Below are positions 17,884 through 28,746 of a stretch of DNA of 64,000 nucleotides, piece by piece. The notes under the pieces are model-generated. The model was not told where the DNA came from. It was given only the letters and a program-made list of their open reading frames with translations, and searched no databases. The stretch is from Candidatus Shapirobacteria bacterium (GTDB taxonomy: Bacteria > Patescibacteriota > Microgenomatia > UBA12405). The translations under genes and the position numbers were made by a program. Position 1 is the first letter of the stretch. Each line of letters opens with the position of its first letter. The DNA lies in the NCBI GenBank assembly GCA_041666965.1, contig JBAYFX010000002.1, forward strand, positions 8,417-72,416. Reading direction: 5' to 3'.

Positions 17884-19073
17884 CCGGTTCTTTTTTCCAG
17901 TTTTAGCCTAACACTACTTTCTTTTCCCTCGCGCCAAAACTTGACAGTCACTTCGTCTCCTATTTTCTTTTTATTAACGATATTGGCCAAACTCGAATCC
18001 GCCTCATCAGTTAATTTTTTGCCGTCAATTTCCATAATTATATCCCCCGCCTCAATTCCCCCCTTAGCCGCCGGACTATTTTCTACTACCTGTTGAACAT
18101 AGGCACCAGCCGGAACGTCATTTAATAGTGCTGATTGTTTGGTAATCATTCTGTAGGCTACTCCCACATACGGCCGTTCAAACTCACCGGTGGTTTTAAA
18201 GTTATCAATCGAGTCTTTGACTAAGTTAATCGGTAAAGCAAAACCAATGTTTTGGCCTTGAGCTGACACGGCTACGTTTACCCCCACCACTTCACCCATT
18301 GAGTTAAATAAAGGTCCGCCCGAGTTACCCGGGTTTATCGCCGCATCCGTTTGAATTACGTTATCCAATCTTTCCGACCCATCAGTCGGTCCGCCAGCTG
18401 TAATTCCTCTTCCCAGTCCGGATATCACTCCGGTTGTCACGGTTGAACGAAACTCTCCTAGTGCTGTCCCAATGGCAATTACTGTCTGGCCGACTTTCAG
18501 TTTATCCGAATCCCCCATTGTCACCGGCACCAAACCGGTTCTCTCAATTTTTAATATTGCCAAATCGTTTGACGGATCTCGATATATTTGGGCTACGTCT
18601 ACTACCTGGTCTTTACCAATCACCACCCGGTATTTAGCGCTCGCATCCGACACCACATGTTTATTAGTTACAATTAACCCATCCTGACTAATCACAAAAC
18701 CACTTCCAATATCCTGCTCAACTGGCTGAAGTTGGGTCTGCCCCCTAGGAGCCTGAAACCCAAAAAAATCGCCAAAAATATCAAACCCGGGAAACTGGTC
18801 ATTTAACACACTTGTCTTGCGAATTGATACCGTTACCACACTTGGTGTGGCGTTTGACACAACTCTGGTTACCACCGATTCCTGATCCACCACTTCCTGT
18901 TTACCACCGGGCACCAAATTAGTGCTGTTTCCCCCAGTAACTCTCTCGGGTACTAGCCGGTCCACTACCCCAATTCCCCACAACCTATCCACCACTGCCC
19001 CTCCAATCAACGATCCCAATAACGCAACCCCAAATACAGTCCCTAAAATGAAGTTTTTCATATTATTGGCCAT
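17880..19073 (-). CDS. HtrA/DegP-like serine protease with PDZ domain
   Basis: [23 protein letters not shown]-terminal PDZ. Confidence 0.95.
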   Translation of the reverse strand: MANNMKNFILGTVFGVALLGSLIGGAVVDRLWGIGVVDRLVPERVTGGNSTNLVPGGKQEVVDQESVVTRVVSNATPSVVTVSIRKTSVLNDQFPGFDIFGDFFGFQAPRGQTQLQPVEQDIGSGFVISQDGLIVTNKHVVSDASAKYRVVIGKDQVVDVAQIYRDPSNDLAILKIERTGLVPVTMGDSDKLKVGQTVIAIGTALGEFRSTVTTGVISGLGRGITAGGPTDGSERLDNVIQTDAAINPGNSGGPLFNSMGEVVGVNVAVSAQGQNIGFALPINLVKDSIDNFKTTGEFERPYVGVAYRMITKQSALLNDVPAGAYVQQVVENSPAAKGGIEAGDIIMEIDGKKLTDEADSSLANIVNKKKIGDEVTVKFWREGKESSVRLKLEKRTG

Positions 19074-19086
19074 CCTTAATTATAAT

Positions 19087-20310
19087 CTATTTGGCAAGCT
19101 CTTCAATTGCTCTTATTAGTTGATTATCATCTTTCCAGCTTAATTCTGGCTGAACTTTCACATCTGGAACATCGGGTTTCTCGTATTTTACTACCACGTC
19201 CGGGTCCACTCCCACACCATGTATATTTTTCCCGTCAGGCAACAGCCATTTAGCCACAGTTACATGTAAGCCGGATCCATCCGAAAAATCTTGCGGTTGT
19301 TGAACCGTGCCTTTACCAAAAGTTTTCTCACCCACCAGTTTTCCCCTTTTGTAATACTTCAGCGCTCCTGCCAAAATTTCTGAGGCACTTGCCGATCCCC
19401 CATTTACCAAAATGGTTAGCTTAGGTTTAGTCAGCCTTCCGGCACTTTTGTCCACCTCATACACCTTTTCTCCCTTGTTATCCGCTTGTTTTACCACTAT
19501 ACCCTTCTCCAGCAAGTCAGACGCTACTACTACACTCGCCTCCAAATACCCCCCCGGGTTGTTTCTCAAGTCCAGCACCATTCCACCCAAATTTTTCTTA
19601 GCGTTGATTTGTTCTACCATTGTCGGCCACTCTTCAAAAATCCTTTCGCTAAATTTATTCAACTGTATCCAAGCTACGTTTTCCGACTCACCCACCCACT
19701 TAAGCTCCAAGCTCGGTACCACAATATTATCCCGAATTAGCTTTACTTCAAATGGCTCCACGTCCCCCTCCCGAAACATCTTTAGAGTCACCTCAGTCCC
19801 AATCTTACCCCTAATCAAATTAACTGCTTCCTCCAGTCCAATACCCACTGTATCCCGGTCAACTTTGTTTTCTTTATCTATTATTTTTAAAATTAAGTCC
19901 CCTGCTTTCAGCCCCGCCCTCATTGCCGGGCTATTGGCCATTGGTGCCACCACCGCCAAATTTCTGTCTTTAAATCCTAAGCTTATGCCTACTCCTCCAA
20001 ATTCTCCGTTCAAATCCTCATTTGACCTTTCGTTATCAGCCGGCGGTAAATATACGGTATATGGATCACCCAAAGACTGTACCAACCCTGAAATCGCCCC
20101 ATAAACCATGCTTTTATTCTCGATTTTTTTTGGGTCCAAATACATTTGTTCCAATTTATCTTTAACCACCCACATCATATTCAAATCCAGTTTACCGGTT
20201 TTCTCCGCCGTCACCGTGTTTTGGGTTTTGGCACTCTGGTAACCAGACAAATACCCAACAGCCAGTATTGCTAATACCACAGCAATATTTTTAATTTTTA
20301 GCATTCTCAA
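19087..20310 (-). CDS. S41 carboxyl-terminal protease (CtpA family)
   Basis: DPYT, PDZ, DLRNNPGG, SASASEI, TFGKG. Confidence 0.95.
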   Translation of the reverse strand: MRMLKIKNIAVVLAILAVGYLSGYQSAKTQNTVTAEKTGKLDLNMMWVVKDKLEQMYLDPKKIENKSMVYGAISGLVQSLGDPYTVYLPPADNERSNEDLNGEFGGVGISLGFKDRNLAVVAPMANSPAMRAGLKAGDLILKIIDKENKVDRDTVGIGLEEAVNLIRGKIGTEVTLKMFREGDVEPFEVKLIRDNIVVPSLELKWVGESENVAWIQLNKFSERIFEEWPTMVEQINAKKNLGGMVLDLRNNPGGYLEASVVVASDLLEKGIVVKQADNKGEKVYEVDKSAGRLTKPKLTILVNGGSASASEILAGALKYYKRGKLVGEKTFGKGTVQQPQDFSDGSGLHVTVAKWLLPDGKNIHGVGVDPDVVVKYEKPDVPDVKVQPELSWKDDNQLIRAIEELAK

Positions 20311-21077
20311 GATTTTACCACCAATGCCCTATTGAGCTCACTGTTAACTAAAATAGTTTGTTCTTTATTGTCAGTTTCATCTTTTAACCAAGCCCATTCT
20401 TTCTTACCAAGCTTAAGTACCGGTATTTCCAGTTCCACACTCTCTTCATCCTCCATTACCCACTCTTTAGTTACTACAGCCGCAACCCCAACTACTGCTG
20501 CCTTAATCAGCCACAAGTCATCTAGTGTTTCTACCCCGAGCACTTTCCCAGTCAGTCGGCTACTCAAATCCGTAATTTTATTTAGCCAACAATCTTTGTC
20601 CATTACCCCCCAAACCCTTCCCGAGGTCAACCCCTGTCCTTCAATTTTATTCGCGGTAAATACAAGCTCAATTTTTTCACTCCCTACCACGTCAACCTTG
20701 GCTTTAACCGGACAAATAATTTCAGATTGTTTATCCCCCTTCGTTTGAGCCACAATTAAGTTTCCAAATTCGTCAATTGTTTCTATTTTTCCTTCAATTT
20801 CGGCACTTAAATTTTTAACTCCAAAAATCTTTACCTCTCCCAAGTCAATTTTGTCTCCAATCTTAATCTCCCGACCTGCCAACACACCCCTCAATGTTTC
20901 TTTTTGCTCGTTTGTTAATTGACCAAACCAACCCGACCAATCTGCTTTTGTTTTCTGATTTGTTTCACCTACCGCCACCACGTCACCCCTCTCCACCACA
21001 TCATTCTTTTTTACTTTAATTTTAGAGTGTTGAGGTATTTCAATTACCCATCGGGCTTTAACCCTAACCATAGACAT
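20307..21077 (-). CDS. Hypothetical protein
   Basis: Long ORF coupled to the S41 protease gene; VKKNDVVERGDVVA resembles a barrel-sandwich hybrid motif. Confidence 0.7.
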   Translation of the reverse strand: MSMVRVKARWVIEIPQHSKIKVKKNDVVERGDVVAVGETNQKTKADWSGWFGQLTNEQKETLRGVLAGREIKIGDKIDLGEVKIFGVKNLSAEIEGKIETIDEFGNLIVAQTKGDKQSEIICPVKAKVDVVGSEKIELVFTANKIEGQGLTSGRVWGVMDKDCWLNKITDLSSRLTGKVLGVETLDDLWLIKAAVVGVAAVVTKEWVMEDEESVELEIPVLKLGKKEWAWLKDETDNKEQTILVNSELNRALVVKS

Positions 21078-21094
21078 TCCCCATTATAACCTTA

Positions 21095-21349
21095 CTACTC
21101 TTTTTCAGCTACTACCCCAGAGAATGATAGTAGTGCCAAATGCCGTGCTTGTTTAATACAGCGAGCCAATCCCTTTTGGTGTCGGGCACAAACTCCGCTT
21201 TGCTTCCGGGCCATAATTCTACCCCTGGCTGTCAAAAAAGCAGAAATTGTCCCTACTTCGCGCCAATTCAATACTTTTTTCTCAGCGCACATCGGGCAAA
21301 CCTGGTTAATTTTTATAATTCTTTTTCTTTTTGGTTTAATTCCGGCCAT
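21095..21349 (-). CDS. rpsR: 30S ribosomal protein S18
   Basis: CPMC, RGRIMARKQSGVCARHQ, ARHLALL. Confidence 0.93.
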   Translation of the reverse strand: MAGIKPKRKRIIKINQVCPMCAEKKVLNWREVGTISAFLTARGRIMARKQSGVCARHQKGLARCIKQARHLALLSFSGVVAEKE

Positions 21350-21358
21350 ATGTTTATT

Positions 21359-21892
21359 TTAAAAAGGTATTTCGTCTTTTTTGGCAGTGTCGTCAGCTGG
21401 TTGTTCACCCGCTGGAGCTGGTGCTTCCCCGCCAATATCGCCAAAATCGTCTGGAATTGTAATTTCACCCATCTCTGGAGCGGCCATATCGTCGCCAACA
21501 GCTACTTCTTGCTGTTGTTGCTGCTGCTGATGCGCCCCCTCAGTTTTCATTCCTGGACGGCTGTCAAGCACCATCATGTCATCAATTACTATTTCAGTAA
21601 TTTGTTTGCGGTTACCTTCCTGGTCAGTAATTTCTCGGTATTGAATTCTACCTTCAACAAACACCCTTCGACCTTTAGCCAATAGTTGAGAACAAAGTTC
21701 GGCTAGTTTATTCCAAGCTACAATTCTATGAAATTGAGCGTCTTCTTTTCTTTCCCCTTGTTTGGTTACCCACACCCGATTGGTGGCCAATCCAAAGCTG
21801 GTTACAGCCATTCCCCCAGGAGTATATCGAAGTTCAGGGTCTCTGGTTAAATTTCCAATTAAGCTAACTTTATTTAAGCATCTGCTGGGCAT
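21359..21892 (-). CDS. ssb: Single-stranded DNA-binding protein
   Basis: LNKVSLIGNLTRDPELR; acidic tail DEIPF. Confidence 0.97.
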   Translation of the reverse strand: MPSRCLNKVSLIGNLTRDPELRYTPGGMAVTSFGLATNRVWVTKQGERKEDAQFHRIVAWNKLAELCSQLLAKGRRVFVEGRIQYREITDQEGNRKQITEIVIDDMMVLDSRPGMKTEGAHQQQQQQQEVAVGDDMAAPEMGEITIPDDFGDIGGEAPAPAGEQPADDTAKKDEIPF

Positions 21893-21901
21893 GGTTTCTC
21901 C

Positions 21902-22183
21902 TTATTTCTTGATTAGTAAATAACGAATAATATTATTGTTCCGATTTAAAGTTAAGCTAAAGGCTTTGTGGTCAATTGGTTTTTTAGTGGCTAAGTTCCA
22001 TACCCAATAATTCCCTTTCTCTAGCTTTCGAATCTGATATGCCAATTTCTTGGTTCCCATATTTTCTTCACCGGTAATCTCCCAGCCGAAGGCTGTGAGT
22101 TGTTTTTTAACTTCCTCTGAAGCCGTCGCTTCTGCTTTAGGGCTCAGAATGGTTATTAATTCGTAATTTTTTATTGTATCCAT
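21902..22183 (-). CDS. rpsF: 30S ribosomal protein S6
   Basis: YELITIL, GTKKLAYQIRK, IIRYL; rpsF-ssb-rpsR synteny. Confidence 0.93.
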   Translation of the reverse strand: MDTIKNYELITILSPKAEATASEEVKKQLTAFGWEITGEENMGTKKLAYQIRKLEKGNYWVWNLATKKPIDHKAFSLTLNRNNNIIRYLLIKK

Positions 22184-22213
22184 AAATCGGATTTTAGCTT
22201 AACACAGCCCCTT

Positions 22214-22555
22214 CTATTTTACAACGGTTTCTTCACCAATAGTTTGTTGAAGTTTCTGTTTTCCTTGATTAATCACGTTTTCAGTAAGTTGATCAATCTC
22301 TACCGCTGCTTTTTCTGACGCTGTATCAACTTCTTTTAAAAAATCCCCCATTGCTTGGCTTGTTTGTTCACACGCGTCAGCCTCAATCTGGGCCATCTCA
22401 ATTTCCAAGTCAATCAACGCCGTTAATTTGTCGATTCTCTCATCATCTAAAACATAATCATCAGCCAACCCGAAAAGTATTTCATTGGCTTTTTCATTTA
22501 CTTCCGTAGCAAACGACAAATCCCCAATTAGTTTTTTTGCCTCGTCAACTCTCAT
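22214..22555 (-). CDS. Acidic helical hypothetical protein
   Basis: 113-aa ORF on the majority strand. Confidence 0.7.
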   Translation of the reverse strand: MRVDEAKKLIGDLSFATEVNEKANEILFGLADDYVLDDERIDKLTALIDLEIEMAQIEADACEQTSQAMGDFLKEVDTASEKAAVEIDQLTENVINQGKQKLQQTIGEETVVK

Positions 22556-22572
22556 AATTTATATTAACACTC

Positions 22573-23310
22573 TTATGCTGCACTCAAAGTTGTTGCGGCT
22601 TTGTATTTTGCCTTAGAAGCTTCATCCGCTAACTTTTTTACTTTTCTGGCATCTGCTCTCTCATTTTCTAAATCATGTTTGGCTTTTCGAGCAGTTTCGA
22701 CTCTTTGATAAAGTTTTTGGGCACGATTCTGTAGTTGTGTACATCTTTCATTCATCTGTGGATATACCCTTGAAAATCTACGTAATACTTCATACTCCTC
22801 CTCATTGTCAGGATTTAGAGCAACTGCTGTTTTATCCATCGCAGCAATTTTCTCGTCTTCCTTTTGAGCTCGCAACACCGAAATATCTGCCGGTAATTGC
22901 CTTACCCTGTCAATCCCGTCTCTGAATTTGCTAACCAAACCTGGTCCAACACCTAACTCCTGGCAACGGGTTTTTACCCCTTCAACCTTATCTTTTACTC
23001 GTTCACCTATAGTTTTGACTCTTTCCCACAAACTTTTACCTGCCACACTCACTGTTTCGCCTAAATTTCTCAATGTTTGTTTAACTCCACCATCAAAATC
23101 ACCCTTAACTTCCCCAATAACTGCTTCTGCCCTGTCTCTAATTCCCTGAACTCCGGCTCCAACAAATGCTCTAGCCTCAACCGCAAAGTCCTGAACCCTA
23201 TCTCTACCTCTACCTAAAGCACCCGTAAATTTTTCCCAACCGCTACTAACACTGGTTTTCATTCTTTCCCATATATTCGGACGGTTTACTTGTGGAGGCG
23301 CTTCAGTCAT
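22573..23310 (-). CDS. Amphipathic helical / coiled-coil hypothetical protein
   Basis: Repeated WER/WEK amphipathic segments and a C-terminal coiled coil. Confidence 0.7.
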   Translation of the reverse strand: MTEAPPQVNRPNIWERMKTSVSSGWEKFTGALGRGRDRVQDFAVEARAFVGAGVQGIRDRAEAVIGEVKGDFDGGVKQTLRNLGETVSVAGKSLWERVKTIGERVKDKVEGVKTRCQELGVGPGLVSKFRDGIDRVRQLPADISVLRAQKEDEKIAAMDKTAVALNPDNEEEYEVLRRFSRVYPQMNERCTQLQNRAQKLYQRVETARKAKHDLENERADARKVKKLADEASKAKYKAATTLSAA

Positions 23311-23354
23311 TTGTGTTTAATTAAATTATTATAGGGTAATTATATAGCTTTTTT

Positions 23355-24743
23355 TTAGTCTGTCAACTTGTTAGCTTTTGGGCCTTGGGGCGTGTCCTCC
23401 ACTTCCCAACCTTTAGATTTGATTTCGTCACGTAACCGGTCAGATTCCGCCCAATTTTTCTCACTTCTGGCTTTGGTTCTGGCTTCCATTAGTGTTTCTA
23501 TTTCCTCAGGCACTTCCTCTTTTATACTATAATTATATTGATCCAACTTTAATCCCAATACTCTATCAAAGTCCAGAATTGTTGCTTTTCGGTCCTCATG
23601 GGAAACTGTTTCATCCTTAACCAATTTCCAAACCAAAGCCAGGGCCTCAGGTGTCGCTAAATCATCTGCTAGTTTCTCAATAAACTGACTCTTATAAGTT
23701 TCATTGACCACTCCCCCATCCGGCCACTGATTAATTTTTTCTCTAAGTTTGTTTAAAGCAACTTGGGATGATTTTAAAGAATCTAGGGAAAATTCGATTC
23801 CTTTCCGGTAATGGGACGTTAAAAACTGGTATCTATACCAAAGCGGATCATAACCCATCTCAATCAATTGAGCCACAGTATATAACCCTCCTTCTGACTT
23901 AGATATTTTTCTCCCTCCTGGTCCGGTTAAAAATCCATTATGTATCCAGTAATTAGCTGTCTGGTGGCCAAATGCTCCAAAACCTTGAGCAATTTCGTTG
24001 CTGTGATGAATCGGTATATGGTCAATTCCCCCAGTATGAATGTCAAAAACTTCGCCTAAATTTTTAACAGACATGGCTGTGCACTCTATGTGCCACCCAG
24101 GAAATCCCTTACCCCAAGGGCTGTCCCATTCCATTTCTCTTTTCCTGTCTTTAGGGCTAAATTTCCATAATGCAAAATCACTTTTATTTCTTTTTTGTCG
24201 GCTAATGTCATCACGGTCTGTATCAATTTGCTCATCTAATTTTAAGCGGGCAAACTTCGCATAATCAACAAACTTACTGGTATCAAAATATACGCCATCA
24301 TCGATTACATAGGTAAAACCGTTACTTTCTATCCTTTTTATTAGATCTATTTGTTCTTTAATATATTCTGTCGCCCGGCAAACCACTTCAGGTTTCTCAA
24401 TATTCAACGCCTCACTGCTTTCAAAAAACTCCTGTTCATATTTTTTAGCCACATCCCACACGCTTATCCCCTCTCTTATAGCTCCTTTCTCCATTTTATC
24501 CTCACCGCTACTGGCCAATTCCCCAACATCCGTTATATTCATTACTCTCTTAACTTCGTACCCTAAATAGCGCAAACTCCTTACTAATATGTCATTAAAT
24601 AAGTAGGCATACATGTTTCCTACATGAGGACTCCAATACACTGTCGGGCCGCACGAATAAATTCCTACCTTACCTTCAGTAATTGGTTTAAACTCCTCTT
24701 TCAGTCTGATAGCCGTATTGTATAAATTCACCTTTATTGACAT
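23355..24743 (-). CDS. cysS: Cysteine--tRNA ligase
   Basis: CGPTVY, HVGN, PGWHIEC, DIHTGGIDH, KISKS. Confidence 0.98.
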   Translation of the reverse strand: MSIKVNLYNTAIRLKEEFKPITEGKVGIYSCGPTVYWSPHVGNMYAYLFNDILVRSLRYLGYEVKRVMNITDVGELASSGEDKMEKGAIREGISVWDVAKKYEQEFFESSEALNIEKPEVVCRATEYIKEQIDLIKRIESNGFTYVIDDGVYFDTSKFVDYAKFARLKLDEQIDTDRDDISRQKRNKSDFALWKFSPKDRKREMEWDSPWGKGFPGWHIECTAMSVKNLGEVFDIHTGGIDHIPIHHSNEIAQGFGAFGHQTANYWIHNGFLTGPGGRKISKSEGGLYTVAQLIEMGYDPLWYRYQFLTSHYRKGIEFSLDSLKSSQVALNKLREKINQWPDGGVVNETYKSQFIEKLADDLATPEALALVWKLVKDETVSHEDRKATILDFDRVLGLKLDQYNYSIKEEVPEEIETLMEARTKARSEKNWAESDRLRDEIKSKGWEVEDTPQGPKANKLTD

Positions 24744-24763
24744 GTCTCAATTTTATCACCAGT

Positions 24764-25294
24764 TTAATCTATCTTTCCCCCTTTAAACTCGCCGGTTTCC
24801 GACATGTCCGCCTGGCTGGCTTTCCCCTGCTTCCCGGTTTTAAAAGCGCTGCCCCGACTCTTTTTCCGTTTGGCCGGATTACTTGATTCTCCAAAGTTGG
24901 TCCATAGGCTTTGTTGCTCAGCAAGTTCGGCTAACCTTTGTTGGCGCAACTGTTCCAAAAACCTTTCCTGCTCTTCCTCTTCTTGAGTTTTGTTTTTACG
25001 TACCTCTTCAATTTCCTGCCCCACATTCCTCCCCATAATCTGTTGTTTTATTTGTTCAATTTCTCTATTTTTGGCCTCTTCATCGGCCTGTTTTGCTTTA
25101 TTATAATCATTAGTGTCCATTGCCTGAATATTCCCCAACCAATCCTTCCCGGTAATTACCCCATCCGCCATTTTAAAAGTTTCCTTCTTGGCAATCTCTA
25201 CCGTTTCCGTTCCAATGGTTTTAATTCCCTGCCACCATTGTTTGGCAATTTGTTTCATAAAAGAGTCTACCCTAAACTGACCGTTTTGACTCAA
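24764..25294 (-). CDS. Coiled-coil hypothetical protein
   Basis: Q/E-rich ORF downstream of recR; true start may be MKQ at 25258. Confidence 0.65.
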   Translation of the reverse strand: MSQNGQFRVDSFMKQIAKQWWQGIKTIGTETVEIAKKETFKMADGVITGKDWLGNIQAMDTNDYNKAKQADEEAKNREIEQIKQQIMGRNVGQEIEEVRKNKTQEEEEQERFLEQLRQQRLAELAEQQSLWTNFGESSNPAKRKKSRGSAFKTGKQGKASQADMSETGEFKGGKID

Positions 25295-25874
25295 TGGCCC
25301 GAGCTAAAGTGGCTACGTCCGCATAAGTCAAATCAGCCCCCATGGGCATTCCGCTTCCCACCCGATTGATTTCTACCCCCGGGTTCTGTTCTTTGATTTT
25401 TTTGCCCAAATATAATCCCGTAGCCTCCCCTTCAATTGTAAAACTCAGTGCCAACATCACCTCCTCCACTTCTTCATCTTTTATCCGGTCAAACAACTCT
25501 TTGACTCTTATTTCATCCGGTCCAATATGCTCAAGCGGGTTAATCAAACCACCCAATACGTGATATAGCCCCTTATAACTACCGGTGTTTTCAATCGCAA
25601 TTACATCCGTCATTTTTTCCACCACTGCCACTATCTTTTTATTTCGGCTTACATCACAGCAAATCGAACAAATATCATCCTCAGTTAAGCTGAAACAAAC
25701 CGTGCATCGCTTAATATTCTTTTTGGCATCTACCAAAGTTTGGGACAATTTAAAAGCTACTACTTCCGGCGACTCGGCAATATACAGGGCCAGCCTCTGA
25801 GCTGATTTTGGCCCAATCGAGGGCAAGGCCCCCAATGCCGCTACTAACTTGGATAAAGAATCAGGTAGTTCCAC
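25272..25874 (-). CDS. recR: Recombination mediator RecR
   Basis: LPSIGPKSAQR, C4 Zn finger, YHVLGG, TOPRIM. Confidence 0.97.
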   Translation of the reverse strand: MELPDSLSKLVAALGALPSIGPKSAQRLALYIAESPEVVAFKLSQTLVDAKKNIKRCTVCFSLTEDDICSICCDVSRNKKIVAVVEKMTDVIAIENTGSYKGLYHVLGGLINPLEHIGPDEIRVKELFDRIKDEEVEEVMLALSFTIEGEATGLYLGKKIKEQNPGVEINRVGSGMPMGADLTYADVATLARAIESKRSV

Positions 25875-25875
25875 G

Positions 25876-26124
25876 CTACATTAAACCATCAAGCCCGCCC
25901 ATTTCTTTCATTTTCCGGGCAGCCACTTCTTGGGCTTTTTTCATGGCTTTATTAATCACTTCCACTACAATTTTATTCTCTCCACCGTTAATGGTCAGTT
26001 TACGAATTTTGTTGTCTCCCGATACTTCTACCATCACCCCATTTTCTTCTACCACCACTACCTCCCCCTCAATCGCTCTCTTAAGTTTTAATGCCTGGGC
26101 AATCATTTTTGCTTTGTCAAACAT
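25876..26124 (-). CDS. ybaB: YbaB/EbfC nucleoid-associated protein
   Basis: Located between dnaX and recR; VMVEVSGD...INKAMKKA. Confidence 0.85.
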   Translation of the reverse strand: MFDKAKMIAQALKLKRAIEGEVVVVEENGVMVEVSGDNKIRKLTINGGENKIVVEVINKAMKKAQEVAARKMKEMGGLDGLM

Positions 26125-26164
26125 GGATTTTATTTACTTGTTAACTTTAAGTATCTTACCAGTA

Positions 26165-27661
26165 TTAGCCAAAAATTTCCCGGGCTGCTTGGTACAAATC
26201 TTTATTTTCCGGCTCCGTAGCGGGTTTGCTTCCTGCTTCCACAGATTCCACTTTTGGCACCACAATTGGCGGCTTTACTCCCGGTTTTCCCAATTTACAT
26301 ACAAACACCAGCTCGCTTCCCAACACCAGTTTTAGCACTTCTTCAATTACTCTCCGGTTTCGGGTCTCCTCAAGCCTTTCTTTGTGAAACGGATAAAATA
26401 CTTCTACCGTCAGCTCATTTCCTTCCAGTTCTACTGGTTTGGTTGCTCTTAGAAATGCTTCAATTGAGTGGTTATAAGGCTTGACTTTAGCCAAAACTTC
26501 AGCCCATTTTTCCGCAATCTGCTCTAAACTTACACTACCCACTGCCACTTTTTTAACTATTTTTTCATCCTTTTGAGAAACTACTTCCTTTTTGGGTTGA
26601 GGAATTATTTCTTTAGTTGTAGTTGGAACGCTCCCAGGCTTTTCCTTAAATTTAACTACCGCTAACTCCAGGGGCAATTGTGATAACGGACAATATTTCA
26701 TCTGTCCACTTGCTCCAATTAATTGGTCAATCCACCTAACCCAATAATTTCTCTTTTCATTGTCTCCCCCCCCTGCTAACAACTGTTGTTGGGAGGTTAG
26801 CACCAACCTTTCCAAAAACGCGCTAAAATCAACTCCTTTTTGCGCCATTTCCTCAATTTTAGCCAGTATTTCTTCAACTTCTTTTGTCTCCAAGTCGCTC
26901 AATAACTCACCAGCTCCATACGTACCCCAAATTCTTGAAGAAAACTTGGTCCATTCCTCATCCCCTATCTTTTTACCAACCTCTATTACCAGTTCATTAA
27001 GTAACCGGTGTAAATTTCTAAAACTCCCCTCGCTTTTAGCAATCAGCCCCGCTGCTACGGTTTGAGACATTTCCAACTCCTCACTTTTAACCACCCGGTC
27101 CAAAGACATTTTCAAATCTTCCTCTTTCCCAGCGTTAAATTCCACTTTTACTAATCTTGAAACTATGGTTTCGGGGATCTTTTGGGGGTCGGTCGTACAC
27201 ATTATAAAATAGGTGTTAGCTGGTGGTTCTTCCAAAAGTTTTAGTAGCGCTCCAAAAGCTTCCTTGGTCATCATTTGGGCCTCATCGATTATTATTACCT
27301 TATTTTTCAATTTTGTTGGCGCCAAAAACACTTTTTCCTTCAACATTCTTACCTCATCAATTCCCCGGTTAGATGCCGCATCCATTTCCATAATATCCAT
27401 TGATTTACCCCTACCAATTTCCAAACAATTTTCGCATTTTCCGCAAGCATCTGTTCCTTCTTTTAGGCAATTAACTGCCTTAGCAAAAATCCGAGCTGCA
27501 CTGGTCTTTCCCGACCCCTTCGGTCCACAAAATAAATAGCTTTTGGGAATCGAGCCCTCAACAACTTTTTTTTTGAAAATTGAGCCCAATACTTCCCGTC
27601 CACTACTGTTATCCAGCTCACTTATTGTTTGGGGTCGGTATTGAAGATAATAAACAGCCAT
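26165..27661 (-). CDS. dnaX: DNA polymerase III subunit gamma/tau
   Basis: YRPQT, GPKGSGKTS, DAASNRGID, LLKLLEEPP; start moved to MAVYY. Confidence 0.96.
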   Translation of the reverse strand: MAVYYLQYRPQTISELDNSSGREVLGSIFKKKVVEGSIPKSYLFCGPKGSGKTSAARIFAKAVNCLKEGTDACGKCENCLEIGRGKSMDIMEMDAASNRGIDEVRMLKEKVFLAPTKLKNKVIIIDEAQMMTKEAFGALLKLLEEPPANTYFIMCTTDPQKIPETIVSRLVKVEFNAGKEEDLKMSLDRVVKSEELEMSQTVAAGLIAKSEGSFRNLHRLLNELVIEVGKKIGDEEWTKFSSRIWGTYGAGELLSDLETKEVEEILAKIEEMAQKGVDFSAFLERLVLTSQQQLLAGGGDNEKRNYWVRWIDQLIGASGQMKYCPLSQLPLELAVVKFKEKPGSVPTTTKEIIPQPKKEVVSQKDEKIVKKVAVGSVSLEQIAEKWAEVLAKVKPYNHSIEAFLRATKPVELEGNELTVEVFYPFHKERLEETRNRRVIEEVLKLVLGSELVFVCKLGKPGVKPPIVVPKVESVEAGSKPATEPENKDLYQAAREIFG

Positions 27662-27700
27662 CGTCCCATTTAACCAAACCCACACCCCCAATACAAGTTA

Positions 27701-28075
27701 TCAGAATTCCAAATTGGAAAAGCCATGCTCAAGCCATTCCCGAGCTACCAATTTTACGTCAATTTTATTACACTTTGCTTCTTTTATTAACAGTGGTCCA
27801 CATATCACCACATCCCCCACTCTAAAAATCCCATCCATGTCCGGCTCTCTATTTTTAGTCGGAAAAGTTAACACTTGCGGCACATAACTCCTTCGTCGAT
27901 ATTCCTGATTTAGTTTTTTTGCCTTATACTCCCCTACCAGCCATAAGCCAACTTCTCCCCTCAATTTTTCAAACTTTTTCTTTTGGCACATTTGCTCAAT
28001 TTCACCTCGCCAATTTATCCGGTCAAACTTGTTTACCCACGAACCGCCTAAAATTACTGTTACGTTAGTTTCCAC
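27701..28075 (-). CDS. ybeY: YbeY-like rRNA maturation protein (degenerate metal motif)
   Basis: LNQEYRR, VLTFP, GDVVIC, LEHG. Confidence 0.8.
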   Translation of the reverse strand: METNVTVILGGSWVNKFDRINWRGEIEQMCQKKKFEKLRGEVGLWLVGEYKAKKLNQEYRRRSYVPQVLTFPTKNREPDMDGIFRVGDVVICGPLLIKEAKCNKIDVKLVAREWLEHGFSNLEF

Positions 28076-28505
28076 TTAGTTTTTTCTTAACCAGCTCCGA
28101 CACCTGTCCTCCACTAGCTCGTCCCAAACTCTCAGCTATTACTTTCCGCATAATCGCTCCAAAATCTCTGTCTCCATCAGCCATAGCCCTGTCTATCATA
28201 ACCTCAAGCTCATCTTGATCCAAAGCTTTTGGTAAATAACTCTCCAACACTGCAATCTCTTTGGCTTCTGCTGCCGCTAACTCAATCCTTCCGGCGTCTT
28301 CAAATAATTTTTTAGCTTCTTGCTTATTCTTTAATTCTTTTTGCAATACCTTAGTTTCTTCAACCTCATTAAATTCATCCGCCGGAAGTTGTAGCGCCCG
28401 CTTGTCAATCAATGAAATTAAGTACCTTAAAATATCCACCATCTCTTGATCGTGGTTTTTTAAAGCCTTATCGGCTTCGGTTTTAAGTTTATCTCTTAAC
28501 AACAT
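28065..28505 (-). CDS. YqeY/GatB domain protein
   Basis: AGRIELA..E.EIAVLESYLP, DFGAIMR; follows rpsU. Confidence 0.9.
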   Translation of the reverse strand: MLLRDKLKTEADKALKNHDQEMVDILRYLISLIDKRALQLPADEFNEVEETKVLQKELKNKQEAKKLFEDAGRIELAAAEAKEIAVLESYLPKALDQDELEVMIDRAMADGDRDFGAIMRKVIAESLGRASGGQVSELVKKKLSGN

Positions 28506-28716
28506 TGCGTCTCCTTTTGGATCGGCGGCGACACTTATCCCGCCAAATAATTACTTTTTTCTGAGCATACCGAGCGGCCGCCTTACTTACATAAGCCGTT
28601 CGCTTGCGGATTTCATCGGCTACATCCTCATCTAAGCTGATGCGCCTAAATTTCCCAATAATATCGTCTTTAGATTCTCCTTTGTTTTTTGTTACTATAA
28701 TAGACAAAAAATTCAC
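28489..28716 (-). CDS. rpsU: 30S ribosomal protein S21
   Basis: GESKDDIIGKFRR...EIRKRTAY, basic tail; rpsU-yqeY synteny. Confidence 0.75.
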   Translation of the reverse strand: MNFLSIIVTKNKGESKDDIIGKFRRISLDEDVADEIRKRTAYVSKAAARYAQKKVIIWRDKCRRRSKRRRNVVKR

Positions 28717-28746
28717 CTCCTTAATTTGTTCCTATTTTACCTGTGA

